A stretch of DNA of 64,000 nt from NCBI GenBank assembly GCA_963697125.1, contig CAVOMW010000006.1, positions 79,354 through 143,353 on the forward strand. The letters run 5' to 3'. Shown here in pieces: positions 9,551-21,294 of this stretch; the first letter of the stretch is position 1, and the number at the start of each line of letters is the position of its first letter. Position numbers and translations under genes: made by a program. Under the pieces are notes generated by a model. It ran no database searches and was not told the DNA's origin. It saw only the letters and a list, made by a program, of their open reading frames with translations. The stretch is from an uncultured Actinomycetes bacterium. GTDB lineage: Bacteria > Actinomycetota > Acidimicrobiia > IMCC26256 > DASPTH01.

Positions 9551-10640
9551 CTACTTCTTCTTCTTGGCCGTCGTGGGCGGCGGGGTGGTGACGGGAGCGA
9601 CGGTGGTGGCGGGCGCGGGCGCCGCGGTCACGTCGACCGCCGAGCCCACCGGGAGCAGCTCCACCCAGGTGCGACCGGGCCGCAACAGGATCGGGGCGCC
9701 GGCGGCGTCGACGTACTTGGCCGGCTGCGCCTTGTCCGGACGCTTCCACGTGCCCTTGCGCAGCACGCCGTCGGTGAACACCCACACGTCGCCCTCGCCG
9801 ACGGTCTGCGCCTCGCCCTCACCGGTGTAGGTCGTGAACTGGACCACGACGTTGGCGGGCGAGATGTGGCCGCTGCCGGTGACGAGCGACGGCGAGCCGT
9901 CGATCGAGCGGTCCCAGGTGCCGGTGGCGGCGTTCCAGGTCCACGTCGGGTCGTAGCCGGGGTCGAAGCCCACGTGGAAATTGAGGACGCCGTCTCCGGT
10001 CACGCCCGGCGCGCCGGCCGGCAGGTACTCGAACAGCGCCGGCGGCGGCTTGGGGTCGCCGCCGAGGTCGAACAGGGGCTGCCCGAGGCCGTAGAGGTTG
10101 TGCGGCGCGTCACGAGCCGGCTGGTCGGGCTGGTTGCGCTGCATGGCGGCGCCGGCGGCGTCCTCGTCGACCGCGTGGACGGGCGCCGCGTTGATGGCAT
10201 CGACGTTGACCGGTGCACCACCCGAGTAGGCGAAGATCCCGCCGACGGGCCACACGATGTCGGGGTCCTCCGCGCGCACCGAGCGCACGGGTCCGATCAC
10301 GCTGGGCACCGTCGAGTTGAACATGGCGACGAAGCGCGTGATGCCGCCCTCGACGACCTCTTCGTAGAGCACGTCGGCCTGGTCGATGCCGGCCTGGGGT
10401 CGTGCGGCGTCGGTGTTCTCGACCTTGACCGACAGCGCCGGGCGGGTGTGGCTCGCCGCGGAGGGATCGGGCAGGCCGGTGAGCGGCGCCGTCGGCGGCG
10501 CCACGGTCGTGGTGGTCGGCGCCGGCGTGGTGGTGGTCTTCGCCGGCTTCTTCTCGTTGCCGCCGGCGCCGCTGCAGGCGGCGAGCAGGGTCGCGAGCGC
10601 GACCACGACGGCGCATGCCGCGCTCGGCGCGGCGGGTCAT
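9551..10640 (-). CDS. DUF3048-family secreted lipoprotein
   Basis: ORF 9551..10606 has the lipobox LLAACSG, a Thr/Pro linker, and [40 protein letters not shown] proper signal peptide ([10 protein letters not shown]..) starts at ATG 10640 in another frame, implying a 1-nt break near 10612. Confidence 0.75.
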
Positions 10641-10742
10641 TCCGTTCACTCCAACTCCTGCGCTTCGCCGCCCCGGAGGCGGACACGAAGCGCACAGACT
10701 AGGGAGTCGGCACCCCGGAAACGGGGCACGAGGAGCTGCTCG

Positions 10743-11651
10743 TCACATCTCCTGCAGGCGCTTGATGCGGTCTTCCAGCGGCGGGTGGGTGTCGAAGAGC
10801 TTGTTGAACTTCGAGCCCTGCTTCTTCTCGTCGGTCTCGAGCGGCTGCTCGATCCACATCTGCGCGGTGGCCTTGGTGGCGTTGTGCACGACCGCGTGGT
10901 CGTCGCGCAGCTTCTCGAGCGCCGAGATCAGGCCCGGCGGGTAGCGGGTGAGCTGCACCCCGCTGGCGTCGGCCAGGTACTCGCGGTTGCGGCTCATCGC
11001 CATCTGCATCAGATAGCCCGCGAACGGCGCCAGCATGAGCACGGCCAGCGACGCGATGGCGATGACCGCGCCGAGCGGGCCGGAGTCGCCGTTGTTGTCA
11101 CGCCGTCCGCTCAGGCTGCCCCAGAACGCGAACCGCAGTCCGATGTCGGAGATCAGCGCGATGGTGCCGACGGCGGTGACCGCGATCGTGGTGACGAGGA
11201 TGTCGTAGTTCTTCACGTGCGACAGCTCGTGCGCGATCACCCCTTCGAGCTCCACCCGGTTCATGACCTCGAGCAGGCCGGTGGTGACGGCGAGCGCGGC
11301 GTGCTTGGGGTTGCGACCGGTCGCGAACGCGTTCGGGGCCGGGTCGTTCACCACGTAGAGCTTGGGCTTCGGGAGCCCGGCCGCGATGCAGAGGCCCTCG
11401 ACGAGGTTGTGGTAGCGGCGGTACTCGGTCTCGTCGGCGGGCTTGGCCCGGCTGGCGGCGATCGCGATCTTGTCGGAGTTGTAGTACGAGCCCCACGCCA
11501 GTGCGAGGGCGATCACGAAGGCGATGACGATGCCGGGCCAGCCGCCGCCGAAGAGCAGCACCAGGGCCGTCGCCACCAGGACGATGACGACGACGAAGCC
11601 GAACAGCATCAGGAACGTGCGGCGCTTGTTCGCCGCGATCTGCTCGTTCAC
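10743..11651 (-). CDS. htpX: M48-family zinc protease HtpX
   Basis: Intact 302-aa ORF with TM segments, HELSHVKNYD (HExxH) and C-terminal FDTHPPLEDRIKRL. Confidence 0.9.
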   Translation of the reverse strand: MNEQIAANKRRTFLMLFGFVVVIVLVATALVLLFGGGWPGIVIAFVIALALAWGSYYNSDKIAIAASRAKPADETEYRRYHNLVEGLCIAAGLPKPKLYVVNDPAPNAFATGRNPKHAALAVTTGLLEVMNRVELEGVIAHELSHVKNYDILVTTIAVTAVGTIALISDIGLRFAFWGSLSGRRDNNGDSGPLGAVIAIASLAVLMLAPFAGYLMQMAMSRNREYLADASGVQLTRYPPGLISALEKLRDDHAVVHNATKATAQMWIEQPLETDEKKQGSKFNKLFDTHPPLEDRIKRLQEM

Positions 11652-11737
11652 GGGATGCGACCTGTCTGGGAACTGGGCCCCGTCGCCATGTTGCTGCGGC
11701 GCCGAGGGGCGAGAGCTTGGGAGTTAGCGACTACCAA

Positions 11738-12290
11738 CTAGAACTGCACCTGCGGCGTCTCGGTCTCTTCGGGAGCGGCGTCGAAGAACTCGCGCTTGTC
11801 GAAGTTGAACATGCCGGCGAGGAGCACCGTGGGGAACTTCTGGATCTGCGTGTTGTAGCTGAGCACGCTGTCGTTGTAGTACTGCCGCGCGTACGCGACG
11901 CGGTCTTCCGAGCTGGTCAGCTCCTCCTGGAGGTTCAGGAAGTTCTGGTTGGCCTTCAGGTCGGGGTACGCCTCGGCCACCGCGAACAGGCTCTTCGAGC
12001 GCGCCGCTCAGGACGTTCTCGGCCTGGGCCTGGTCGGCCGGCGTCTGCGCGTTGATCGCGTTGGCGCGGGCCTGGGTGACCGCCTCGAAGGTGCCCCGCT
12101 CGTGCGCGGCGTAGCCCTTGACCGTCTCCACCAGGTTGGGGATGAGGTCGTGGCGTCGCTTGAGCTGGACGTCGATCTGCGACCAGGCGTTGTCGACCTG
12201 GTTGCGCCGCTTGACGAGGCCGTTGTACCCGAGCCAGAAGAACAGCCCGATCAGGACCACGATGACGACGATCACGATGACGGCGATCAT
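11738..12290 (-). CDS. lemA: LemA family membrane protein
   Basis: N-terminus TM plus [43 protein letters not shown] lies in ORF 11724..12290. C-terminus [34 protein letters not shown] is ORF 11738..11980. One frame break near 11990. Confidence 0.85.
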
Positions 12291-12300
12291 GCGGTCGATC

Positions 12301-13416
12301 CTACTGGCGCGACGCCCCGGTCAGACGACGACCGCTGGGCGGCGGGGCGGCGATGGCCTGCTCGTACAGGGGCAGGAACTGCTCGGCGAGGTGCGCCATC
12401 GAGAACTCGTCGGCACGGCGGGCGCCCTCGGCCACCAGCTGGCTGCGCCGGGCCGGGTCGTCGAGGAGGGCGCGCAGCGAGTGGCGGAGCGCGTCGACGT
12501 CACCCGGCGGGACCAGGAGCGCCTCACGGTCGGCCCTCGACACCGTGCGGTAGCCGTCGATGTCGGACGCCACCAACGCGGTGCCGGCCGCCATCGCCTC
12601 GAGCAGGACCACGCCGAACGACTCCCCTTCGAGGGCGGGGAAGCAGGCGATGGTCGCGCCGCGGAGGCGGGCCTGCTTCTCCTCTTCGCTGACCCGTCCG
12701 AGCCACTGGACCCGCCCGACCCCACGAGCGCGCAACGAATCCGTCTCGGGCCCGTCGCCGATCACCCACAGGTCGGCGTCGCGTTCGAGCCCGGCGAACG
12801 CGTCGAGCAGCACCTCGAGTCCCTTGCGGCGCTCGTGCCGTCCGACGAAGACGATCGCCGGCGCGGGCGACGGGGTGACGCGCCCCGAGGCGAGTGAGGG
12901 CACGTCGACGCCGTTGGGCAGGATCACGCAGTCGGTCTCGAACGTGAGGCTGACCTGGCGCTTGGCGTCCTCCGACACCGCGGTCGCGACCGCGAGCCGG
13001 CGCATCATCGGTTTGAGCCCGGGTCGGAAGGTCTCGTACCAGCCGTTGCGACCGGTGCGCGCGGAGTGGAACGTCCCCACCGCGGGGATGGTGGTGCCGA
13101 CGAGCGCGGCGTGGTTCGGACCCGGCGAGAGCGGTTCGTGCAGGTGCAGGACGTCGGGTCGGAACGTGCGCAGCGCTTCGATGGTGCGGCGCGCGACGGC
13201 GCGACCGCTGGCGATGGGCGCGACCGACCCGTTGCTCGGCACGCGTGCGCTGGGCCCGACGGTGGTGATGCCCGGCTCGGGCGGCGGGCCGTCGCACGGG
13301 GCGACGATGCGGGCGTCGACGCCGTCGGCGCGCAGGGCGCGCGCGAGCCCGAGCACCTGACCCTGGACCCCGCCGAAGAGCGTCAGCGAGTAGGGGCACG
13401 AGAGCATGACCCTCAT
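12301..13416 (-). CDS. pimA: GT4 glycosyltransferase, PimA-like phosphatidylinositol mannosyltransferase
   Basis: From Met238 of ORF 12301..14127: [59 protein letters not shown] (EX7E region). Synteny pgsA/acyltransferase/pimA matches the mycobacterial Rv2612c-Rv2610c operon. Confidence 0.75.
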   Translation of the reverse strand: MRVMLSCPYSLTLFGGVQGQVLGLARALRADGVDARIVAPCDGPPPEPGITTVGPSARVPSNGSVAPIASGRAVARRTIEALRTFRPDVLHLHEPLSPGPNHAALVGTTIPAVGTFHSARTGRNGWYETFRPGLKPMMRRLAVATAVSEDAKRQVSLTFETDCVILPNGVDVPSLASGRVTPSPAPAIVFVGRHERRKGLEVLLDAFAGLERDADLWVIGDGPETDSLRARGVGRVQWLGRVSEEEKQARLRGATIACFPALEGESFGVVLLEAMAAGTALVASDIDGYRTVSRADREALLVPPGDVDALRHSLRALLDDPARRSQLVAEGARRADEFSMAHLAEQFLPLYEQAIAAPPPSGRRLTGASRQ

Positions 13417-14327
13417 GGACACCGACTCGATCATCCCACCACCGCGCGTGTCGCTGGGCCAGTTGGGCTGGAGCAGGTGCCAGTGCGTGGGTTCGACCCG
13501 GATCAGCTCCTCGTAGGCGTGGGCGAGGTCCTGGGTGACCCGGGCGAGGTCGTCGCGCAGGCGCCCGGTGCGAGCCGTGGGGAGCGAGGGGCGGATCTCG
13601 GCCCGACTGTCGCCGTGGTCCATGAAGTAGCAGCCCACCGGGAGCAGTGGCGCGCCGCCGCGGAGCGCGGTCAGCGCCGGGCCGCCGGGCAACGTGGTGC
13701 GCTCGCCGAAGAACTCGACGCCGATGCCGTCGCCGGTGAGGTCCCGGTCGGCGAGGAGGCACACGACCTCGTTGGCCCGCACCGCCTTGAGCACGTCGGT
13801 GCCGGCCGACGGCGACAGCGGGATCACGCGCATGCCGAGACGGGCGCGCGTCTCGACGAACCACTCGAACAGCTCGGGCGGCTCGACCGGCTCGGCGACG
13901 ACGGTCACGGTGAAGCCCTGGAGCGCGAGCCACGCGCCGGCGAAGTCCCAGTTGCCGAGGTGCGGCAGTGCGAGCACCGCGCCGTGGCCCGCGTTGACGC
14001 CCGTCCCAGACGTGCTCGATGCCGATGCAGTGGAAGTGCGCGTTGATCCACTCGGGGGTGAGCGTCGAGAGGCGGAACAGCTCGTAGAAGTAGCGACCGT
14101 ACGAGTCGAACGTGGCGGCGACGTCATGACGCATCGCGGCGCCGCCGTAGTCGGCGCCGTGGATGCGCCGCAGGTTGCGCTCCACCTGCGCCCGGCGCGA
14201 GCGCCATGACCGTCGGCGCGAGCTGCGCGATCCCTCGCGCCGCGGGCGCGCCGATCGCGGGTGGCACCAGCCGCGCCACCGTCTCGCCCGCGCGGTACGC
14301 GAAGTACGACGCGCGCGAAGGAAGCAT
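13417..14327 (-). CDS. patA: Lauroyl/PIM acyltransferase (HtrB/LPLAT family, PatA-like)
   Basis: MLPSRASYFAYRAGETVARLVP lies in ORF 14124..14645. QVERNLRRIHG..FDSYGRYFYELFRL lies in the frame of ORF 12524..14806. GAVLALPHLGNWDFAGAWLA..ADRDLTGDGIGVEFFGERTTLPGGPA lies in ORF 12301..14127. At least 2 frame breaks. No stop before pimA in the listed frame. Confidence 0.7.
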
Positions 14328-14352
14328 CGACACTCGCTGCTCGCTGCTGCGG

Positions 14353-15069
14353 TCAGCGACGACGCGACGCGGAGCGCGACCCGGCGGAGCGCTCGGTCTG
14401 CGGACGGTGCGCCGCCCACCACTGCGCCAGGCTCCCGGCACGCGGCTCCTCGGTGCCCGACCCGCGGTGGTGACGGGCGCGACGCGGCCGCGACGGCGTG
14501 GCCTGGCGCCACACCTTGACGAAGCGCTGCACCGCGGTGATCGCGGTGAGCACGAGCATGATCCAGAGCACCGGCACGAGGATGTCGAACGCGAGGCCCA
14601 CGCCGAGGAGCACGAGGCGCTCGGCGCGTTCCATGAGACCACCACGCGCCTGGAACCCGAGCGATTCCGCCCGGGCGCGCTCGTAGGTGATCAGCATCGA
14701 CATCGCGAGCACGGCCATGGCCAGCACCGCTTCGCCGGACGTGCCGGTCTCGGACAGGTACCACGCGACGCCGATGAACAGCGCGGCGTCGGCGACCCGA
14801 TCGCACACCGAGTCGAAGAACGCGCCGCGAGGGCCGGCCCGGCCGCTCTGGCGCGCCACCGAACCGTCGAGGATGTCGGGCAACCCGGTGAGGATCACGC
14901 CGAACACGCCGAGCAGCAGGTGGCCGTCGGCGATCAGCAACGCGGTGCCGATGGCGAAGACGAGCCCGATGATGGTGAGACCGTCGGCCGTGATCCCGGC
15001 TCGGTGCAGGCCCTGGCCGACTGGCTCGAGCCCTCGCTCGACTGTCGCGCGCCAGCGTCCGTCGAGCAT
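14353..15069 (-). CDS. pgsA: CDP-alcohol phosphatidyltransferase (phosphatidylinositol phosphate synthase-like)
   Basis: From Met70 of ORF 14353..15276: ITADGLTIIGL..DILDGSVARQSGRAGPRGAFFDSVCDRVAD. This is the D(x)2DG(x)2AR..G(x)3D(x)3D motif, with multiple TMs. Confidence 0.85.
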   Translation of the reverse strand: MLDGRWRATVERGLEPVGQGLHRAGITADGLTIIGLVFAIGTALLIADGHLLLGVFGVILTGLPDILDGSVARQSGRAGPRGAFFDSVCDRVADAALFIGVAWYLSETGTSGEAVLAMAVLAMSMLITYERARAESLGFQARGGLMERAERLVLLGVGLAFDILVPVLWIMLVLTAITAVQRFVKVWRQATPSRPRRARHHRGSGTEEPRAGSLAQWWAAHRPQTERSAGSRSASRRR

Positions 15070-15238
15070 GTGCAGGGGTCCTCGGTCGGCGGGCAGAGCA
15101 GGTGGAGCGGTCGGGATCAGGCTAACACCCGCCGCGCGGGGCTCCGGGCCCGAGCCCCGTCGCGGACCCCGGACATCGCACAGAGTGACGTGCGTAGACT
15201 CCTTCGCACAGAACCGTTCTCTGCACTGGGGGGTGCCA

Positions 15239-17258
15239 GTGGCGGCCAAGACGTACCCGACGGAGAAGATCCGCAACGTGGCCCTGGTCGGTCACGGCGG
15301 CTCGGGGAAGACCTCCCTGGCCGAGGCCCTCCTCTACGACGCCGGCGCCATCAGCCGCCTGGGCCGGGTCGAGGACGGCACCACCGTCACCGACTTCGAC
15401 CCCGAGGAAGCGCGGCGGCGCATCTCGGTGTCGCTGGCGATGGCGCCGTTCGAGCACGACGGTCACAAGGTCAACGTGATCGACACGCCCGGCTACGCCG
15501 ACTTCGTGAGCGACGTCGCTGCCGCGTTGCGCGCCGCCGACCTCGCGGTGTTCGTGGTGTCGGCGGTCGAAGGCGTCGAGGTGCAGACCGAGCTGGTGTG
15601 GCGCATGGCCGAGGAGCTCGGTCTCCCCCGCGCCGTGTTCGTGAACAAGCTCGACCGCGAGCGGGCGTCGTTCGCGCGCACCCTCGACCAGCTCAAGGAC
15701 AAGTTCGGCGCCGGCGTCGCGCCGCTGCAACTCCCCATCGGCGAGGAGGCCGACTTCCACGGGGTGGTCGAGCTGCTCGACGACCACGCGGTGCACTACG
15801 TCGACGGCACCGCCACCGAGGGACCGATCCCGCCCGAGATGGAGATGGAGGAGCACTCCATCCACGACGCGCTCATCGAGGGCATCGTGGTGGGCGACGA
15901 CGACCTCATGGAGCGCTACCTCGCCGACGAGACCATCCCGGTCTCGGAGCTCGCGCACGCGCTGGCCGACGGCGTGGCGTCGGGCTCGGTGTTCCCGGTG
16001 CTGTGCGGCAGCGCGACCAAGCTCATCGGCGTCGACCGCCTCGCGCAGTTCATCACCGAGGAGGGACCGGCGCCGACGCCGAACGCAGGTGACGGTCCGC
16101 CGGTCGCGTTCGTGTTCAAGACCATCGTCGACCCGTACGTCGGCCACGTGAACCTGTTCAAGGTGCTGCAGGGCACGGTGAAGGCCGACGCCACGCTGGT
16201 GAACGGCCGCACGATGCACGACGAGCGCCTGCACCAGCTGTCGATCCTGCGGGGCAAGGAGCAGGAGTCGGCGTCGGAGGTGCCGGCGGGCGACATCGCC
16301 GCCGTCGCCAAGCTCGCCGACACCACCACCGGCGACGTGTTCGGCGCGCGCGGCGCCGACATCGACGTCGAGCCGTTCGAACCGCCGGCACCGGTGCTCG
16401 CGGTGGCGATCCGGGCCAAGTCGAAGAGCGACGAGGACAAGCTCGCCAACGCGCTGCACCGTCTGCTCGACGAAGACCCCGCGCTCAAGCTCGAGCGCAA
16501 CCCCGAGACCCACCAGACGTTGCTCTGGGGTCAGGGCGAGACCCACCTCGGCATCGCGCTCGGCGCGGCTGCACTCGAAGCTCGGCGTGGAGGTCGAGAC
16601 CGAGGACGTGAAGGTCGCGTACCGGGAGACGATCACCCACGAGGCCGAGGCCGAGGGCAAGTACAAGAAGCAGACCGGCGGACACGGGCAGTTCGGCGTG
16701 GCGTTCGTGAAGGTCGAACCGCTCGAGCGCGGCGGCGGCTTCGAGTTCGTCGACCAGATCGTGGGTGGCGCGATCCCCCGTCAGTTCATCCCCGCGGTGG
16801 AGAAGGGCGTGATCGAGACGATGGAGCACGGGGGCGTGTTCGGTTTCCCCGTGGTCGACGTGCGGGTCACGTGCTTCGACGGCAAGTACCACTCGGTCGA
16901 CTCGTCGGAGATGAGCTTCAAGATGGCGGGGTCGATCGGGTTCAAGGAGGCGATGGCCAAGGCCGAGCCGATCCTGCTCGAGCCGGTCACCGAACTGGTG
17001 GTGCTCGCGCCCGAATCGCACCAGGGCGACATCATGGGCGACCTCAACGCCAAGCGCGGCCGCATCCAGGGGTCGAGCGCGGCGGGCAACGGCGAGGTCG
17101 AGGTGGTGGCGCTGGTCCCCACGTCGGAGGTGCTGCGGTACACGATCGACCTGCGGTCGATGACCGGCGGGCGCGGGCGCTTCGAGGCGTCGCACTCGCA
17201 CTACGACCCGGTGCCCGCGCACCTGCTCGGCAAGGTCAAGGGCGCGTCCGCGGACTGA
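15239..17258 (+). CDS. Elongation factor G paralogue (EF-G2-like translational GTPase)
   Basis: From GTG 15239: IRNVALVGHGGSGKTSLAEALL (G1), DTPGYADF (G3), NKLD (G4) in the frame of ORF 14687..17305. Domains IV-V are in ORF 16587..17258 (KYKKQTGGHGQFG..). One frame break near 16558. About 673 aa. Confidence 0.85.
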
Positions 17259-17312
17259 ACGGAGTGGGGCCGGCCGGAATAGACGTGCCGGGGGTCACGT
17301 TGTGATGCGTAG

Positions 17313-17328
17313 GCCCGCCGTGGCGGGC
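17313..17328 (+). terminator. Weak GC hairpin downstream of the EF-G2 gene
   Basis: GCCCGCC-GT-GGCGGGC, about 55 nt after the stop. No U tract. Confidence 0.25.
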
Positions 17329-17462
17329 GTCGAAGACGGGAGTCCCTGCCCCTCCCCGCCCTCCGCCTGCCCAGCGGGCCGTCAGGTGTCCAGCCCTCTC
17401 GGCCCGCCGACGCGGAGCGCACCGGCCTAGCCTGCTGCTCCTTCTGGCCCGAGGGGCGGTGC

Positions 17463-18145
17463 ATGGTGACGTCAGGGCCGGAAGCCGGCTGGTATCGAGA
17501 TCCGTCGGGACGTCACGACCACCGTTGGTGGGACGGCACGACCTGGACGCCGTACGTGCTGACGCTCGGGTTGCGGTCGGTCGACTACGGCGACCCCGAC
17601 GATTCGGGCGCGGCTGACACCGAGGAGGCCGACCTCCCGGACGCCGGCGCGCCGGACGCCGAGACACCGGACCCCGAGGTGCCGGAGCCAGAGGTGCCGG
17701 TCGCCACTGCGACGTCGCGGCCCCTTGCGGCGTGGGTCGTGGTGTTCGTCGGCGCCGCGCTGCTGGTGGTGGGCGCACTGCTCCCGTGGGGCGAGGCGAC
17801 GTCCAAGACCGCGTCCTTCTCGAGTGACGGCATCGACGGCAACGGCGCGATCACGCTCGTCGCCGCGGTCGTCCTCGTGCTCCTGTTCGTCGTCGTGCAG
17901 CGAACGACGACTGCCGCGTGGCTCGTCATCGCGACGGCCGTGGTCGCCGGCGCGATCGGTGTGCGTGACGCCGTCGACCTCTCGGACAAGGCCGCGCGGC
18001 TGGTGGATCAGGGGCCGCCCGGCGTGTCCGCGAACGTCGGCATCGGCGTGTGGGTGACGATCGCGGGGGCGGTGATCGCGCTCGTCGGCGGGATCATGGC
18101 GCTGGCGATGTCGTCGCGCGGCATCGGGTCGCGCACGGCGCTGAC
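17463..18145 (+). CDS. DUF2510-domain membrane protein
   Basis: N-terminus GWYRDPSGRHDHRWWDGTTWT (DUF2510 signature), an acidic/Pro linker, then 4 predicted TMs. The listed ORF runs on to 18614 through the convergent gene. A TGA at 18142-18144 in the +1 frame suggests the true end, so the 3' end is approximate. Confidence 0.6.
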
Positions 18146-18160
18146 GTCAGAGCGCCGAAC

Positions 18161-18693
18161 TCAGGTGGACGGCGCGACCTCGTCGAGTCCGTACTTCGAC
18201 CAGTCCTCGGGGTTCGGCTCGGTGTACTCCCCCATCACCGTGCCGTCGACCGCGTCGACCTGCACGAGACCGCGCATGGTCGGCGGTGCGTCGGCGCTGT
18301 ACAGCAGGATGCGCCACACCGGACGCGAGCGCAGGCCGTGCCACGCGAGCTGCGCGCTCGGAGTGCCCGACCGCGAAGCCGACCGTGCGCGACGCGATCG
18401 AGCAGCGCTTCGGTCTGGTCGATCTCGAGCGGCCACGCGCACGCGTAGTGGTACGCGGCGACGAGCGCGAGCACGATCGCCGCAGCCAGCAGACCGGCGT
18501 TCGACGACAGTGCGTAGCCGCCCAGGCACAGGAGCGCGAGGACGAGGTACATCGTGGCCGGGATGCGCCGCCGGGTCATCGGCGGGAAGAGATACGGGCC
18601 GACGTAGCCGGTGACGTCGAGGTCGGCCGGCAGCTCGTCGCGGTACTGATCAGGCTGCTGTTCCGGCTGCTCGTCAGGCTGGTCGTCGGCCAT
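18161..18693 (-). CDS. Conserved actinobacterial membrane protein (2 TM plus C-terminal soluble domain)
   Basis: MADDQPDEQ..YLFPPMTRRRIPATMYLVLALLCLGGYAL..AAIVLALVAAYHYACAWPLEIDQTEAL lies in ORF 18235..18963. The C-terminus QLAWHGLRSRPVWRILLYSADAPPTMRGLVQVDAVDGTV is ORF 18161..18529. One frame break near 18400. Confidence 0.55.
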
Positions 18694-18719
18694 GGCGAGC
18701 ACGGTAGCGCCCGGGTCGG

Positions 18720-19228
18720 TCAGGTCGGCCAAGCGGCGCGGAGCTTCTCGTAGCCCTTCGAGAGCGGCTCCGGGAGCACGCGGGCCTCCGCGATCGTGGT
18801 CATGAAGTTGGTGTCGCCGACCCAGCGCGGCAGCACGTGCACGTGCACGTGACCGGGCACGCCCGCACCCGCCGGCGCGCCCGATGTTGGCGCCGACGTT
18901 GATGCCGTCGGGGGTGTAGGCCGCGAGCACCGCGATGTTCGCGTCCTGCACCAGCGCCATCACCGCCGCGGCCTCGGCGCGCGACGAGACCGGCGAGCGT
19001 GGACTCGTGCCGCAGCGGCGCGACCATGAGGTGACCGGACGTGTAGGGATACGCGTTCATCACCGCGAAGGCGTGCTCGTTGCGAGCGAGCACGAGCGAC
19101 ACGTCGTCGGGTTCGCGGCTCAGCCGTTCGAAGAGGCACTCGTGCTCACCGTCGGGCGGTGGCGGCTGCGTGGCGACACCGTCGATGTAGGTGGTGCGCC
19201 ACCCCGCCCAGAGGCGTTCGAGACTCAC
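18720..19228 (-). CDS. HIT-family nucleotide hydrolase/phosphorylase (Rv2613c-like)
   Basis: [78 protein letters not shown] (histidine triad), spread over three frames. GTGA overlap with the thrS stop. Confidence 0.8.
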
Positions 19229-21257
19229 GTGATCAGGTCGGCGACGTGCCCAGCGATGTGGCTGGTGACGTCGGCGGCGAGGCGGGTGACGAACTCGTCG
19301 AGCGCGACGCCACGCTCGGGCGCGTCGCTGCCGCGCTCGTTGACCCCGACCGTGCGGTGCTCCACGTCGTCGTCGCCGACGACGAGGATGTACGGCACCT
19401 TCTGCATCTTCGCGTTGCGGATGCGGGCACCGAGCGTGTCGGCGTGCGCGCTCAGGACCTCGACCCGTCGGCCGTCGGCCTTCAACGTGGCGACGACCTC
19501 GGCGGCATAGTCCTCGTGGCGGTCGGCCACGGGGACGACCGTCACCTGCACCGGCGCGAGCCAGGTGGGGAACGCGCCCGCGTAGTGCTCGGTGAGGATG
19601 GCGAAGAAGCGCTCGATGGTGCCGAACAGCGCGCGGTGGATCATCACCGGGCGGTGGCGCTCGTTGTCGGCGCCGACGTACTCGAGCTCGAAGCGCTGCG
19701 GGAGCTGGAGGTCGAGCTGGATGGTCGACATCTGCCAGGTGCGGCCGATGGCGTCGCGCGCCTGCACGGAGATCTTCGGTCCGTAGAACGCGCCGCCGCC
19801 TTCGTCCATCACCAGCTCGTGGTCGTCGGCCTCGGCGACGACGCGCAACGCCTCGGTGGCCTCCTCCCACTCCTCGTCGGTGCCGACCGCCTTGCCCTCG
19901 GGCTTGGTCGACAGCTCGAGGTAGAAGTCGTCGAGGCCGTAGTCGCGCAGCACGCTGATGCACGAACTCGAGCGCGCGCTTCAGCTCGGGGACGATCTGC
20001 TCGCGCGTGCAGAAGATGTGCGCGTCGTCCTGCGTCATGCCGCGCACGCGCGTCAGCCCGTGCACCACTCCCGACTTCTCGTAGCGGTACACCGTCCCGA
20101 ACTCGAACAGTCGCAGCGGCAGCTCGCGGTACGAGCGCATGTTGCTGCGGTAGATCAGGATGTGGAACGGGCAGTTCATCGGCTTGAGGTAGTAGTCGGT
20201 GCCGCCGTCGAGCTCCATCGGCGGGTACATGCCGTCGGCGAACCAGTCGAGGTGCCCGGAGATCTCGAAGAGGTGCGACTTGGTGATGTGCGGCGAGTTG
20301 ACGAACTCGTAGCCGGCTTCCTCGTGCCGGCGGCGCGAGTAGTCCTCCATCACGCGGCGGATCGCGCCGCCCTTCGGGTGGAACACGGCGAGGCCGGAGC
20401 CGATCTCGTCGGGGAACGAGAAGAGGTCGAGCTCCTGGCCGAGCTTGCGGTGGTCGCGCTTCTCCGCCTCTTCGATGCGGTGGAGGTGCTCCTCGAGCGC
20501 GGCCTTCGACTCCCACGCGGTGCCGTAGATGCGCTGCAGCATCGGGCGCTTCTCGTCGCCGCGCCAGTACGCGCCCGCGACCTTGGTGAGCTTGAACGCG
20601 CCGAGGCGCTTCGGTGGACGGCACGTGCGGCCCGCGGCAGAGGTCGACGAACTCCGTCGAGCCGCCGTACCGCGGATCGGGAGTGTGCGGGTTGCGGTAC
20701 ACCGAGATGACCGTGCCGTCGCCGACCTCGGCGGAGTCCTCGGGGTCGACGCGCTCGATGATCTCGATCTTGTAGGGCTGCTCGGCGAACGTGGCGATGG
20801 CGTGCTCGCGGTCGAGCTCCTCGCGCACGAAGGGCTCGTCGGCCTTGACGATCTCGCGCATGCGCGCCTCGATGCGCTCGAGGTCGTCGTCGGAGAAGTG
20901 CGCGCCGTTGGGGAGCTCGAAGTCGTAGTAGAAGCCGTCGGCGATGGCGGGGCCGATGGCGTACTTGGCCCCGGGGAACAGGTCGCTGACCGCCTGCGCC
21001 ATCACGTGCGCGGTGGAGTGGCGGAGCACCTCACGGCCGTCGTCGGAGTCGGGGGTGATGATGGCGACCGTGCGCGTCGTGGTCGATCGGACGGTTCAGG
21101 TCGTACCACTCAGCCTTCGCCGTTCGTCGGTGGCGACCTTGGCCGCGAGCGCGGCCTTGGCCAGACCGCGGCCGATCGACGCTGCGATCTCGCCCGCGGT
21201 GACGCCCTGCTCGTGCTCGCGCGTCGAACCGTCGGGCAGCGTGATCGTGATCGTCAT
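19225..21257 (-). CDS. thrS: Threonine--tRNA ligase
   Basis: TGS domain [14 protein letters not shown] (ATG 21257). Editing-domain [11 protein letters not shown] lies in ORF 19809..21029. Class II core [33 protein letters not shown] lies in ORF 18800..20542. The anticodon domain is ORF 19225..19953. About 4-5 frame breaks. Confidence 0.9.
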
Positions 21258-21294
21258 GGGGCGCCGACGTTACCAGTGGCGTTTGGGGCGCTTC

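Noticed and set aside
15239-17258. EF-G paralogue as a tetracycline ribosomal-protection protein (TetM/TetO-like resistance gene)
   Set aside because: Its length (~673 aa), its G-domain sequence and the KYKKQTGGHGQFG domain IV loop fit the widespread EF-G2-type paralogues of Actinobacteria. There is no resistance-island context.
17259-17462. 200-nt intergenic region after the EF-G2 gene, checked for tRNA or small RNA
   Set aside because: No tRNA hallmarks (no GGTTCGAATCC-like T-arm, no cloverleaf) were seen, only one weak GC hairpin. There is insufficient evidence for an RNA gene.
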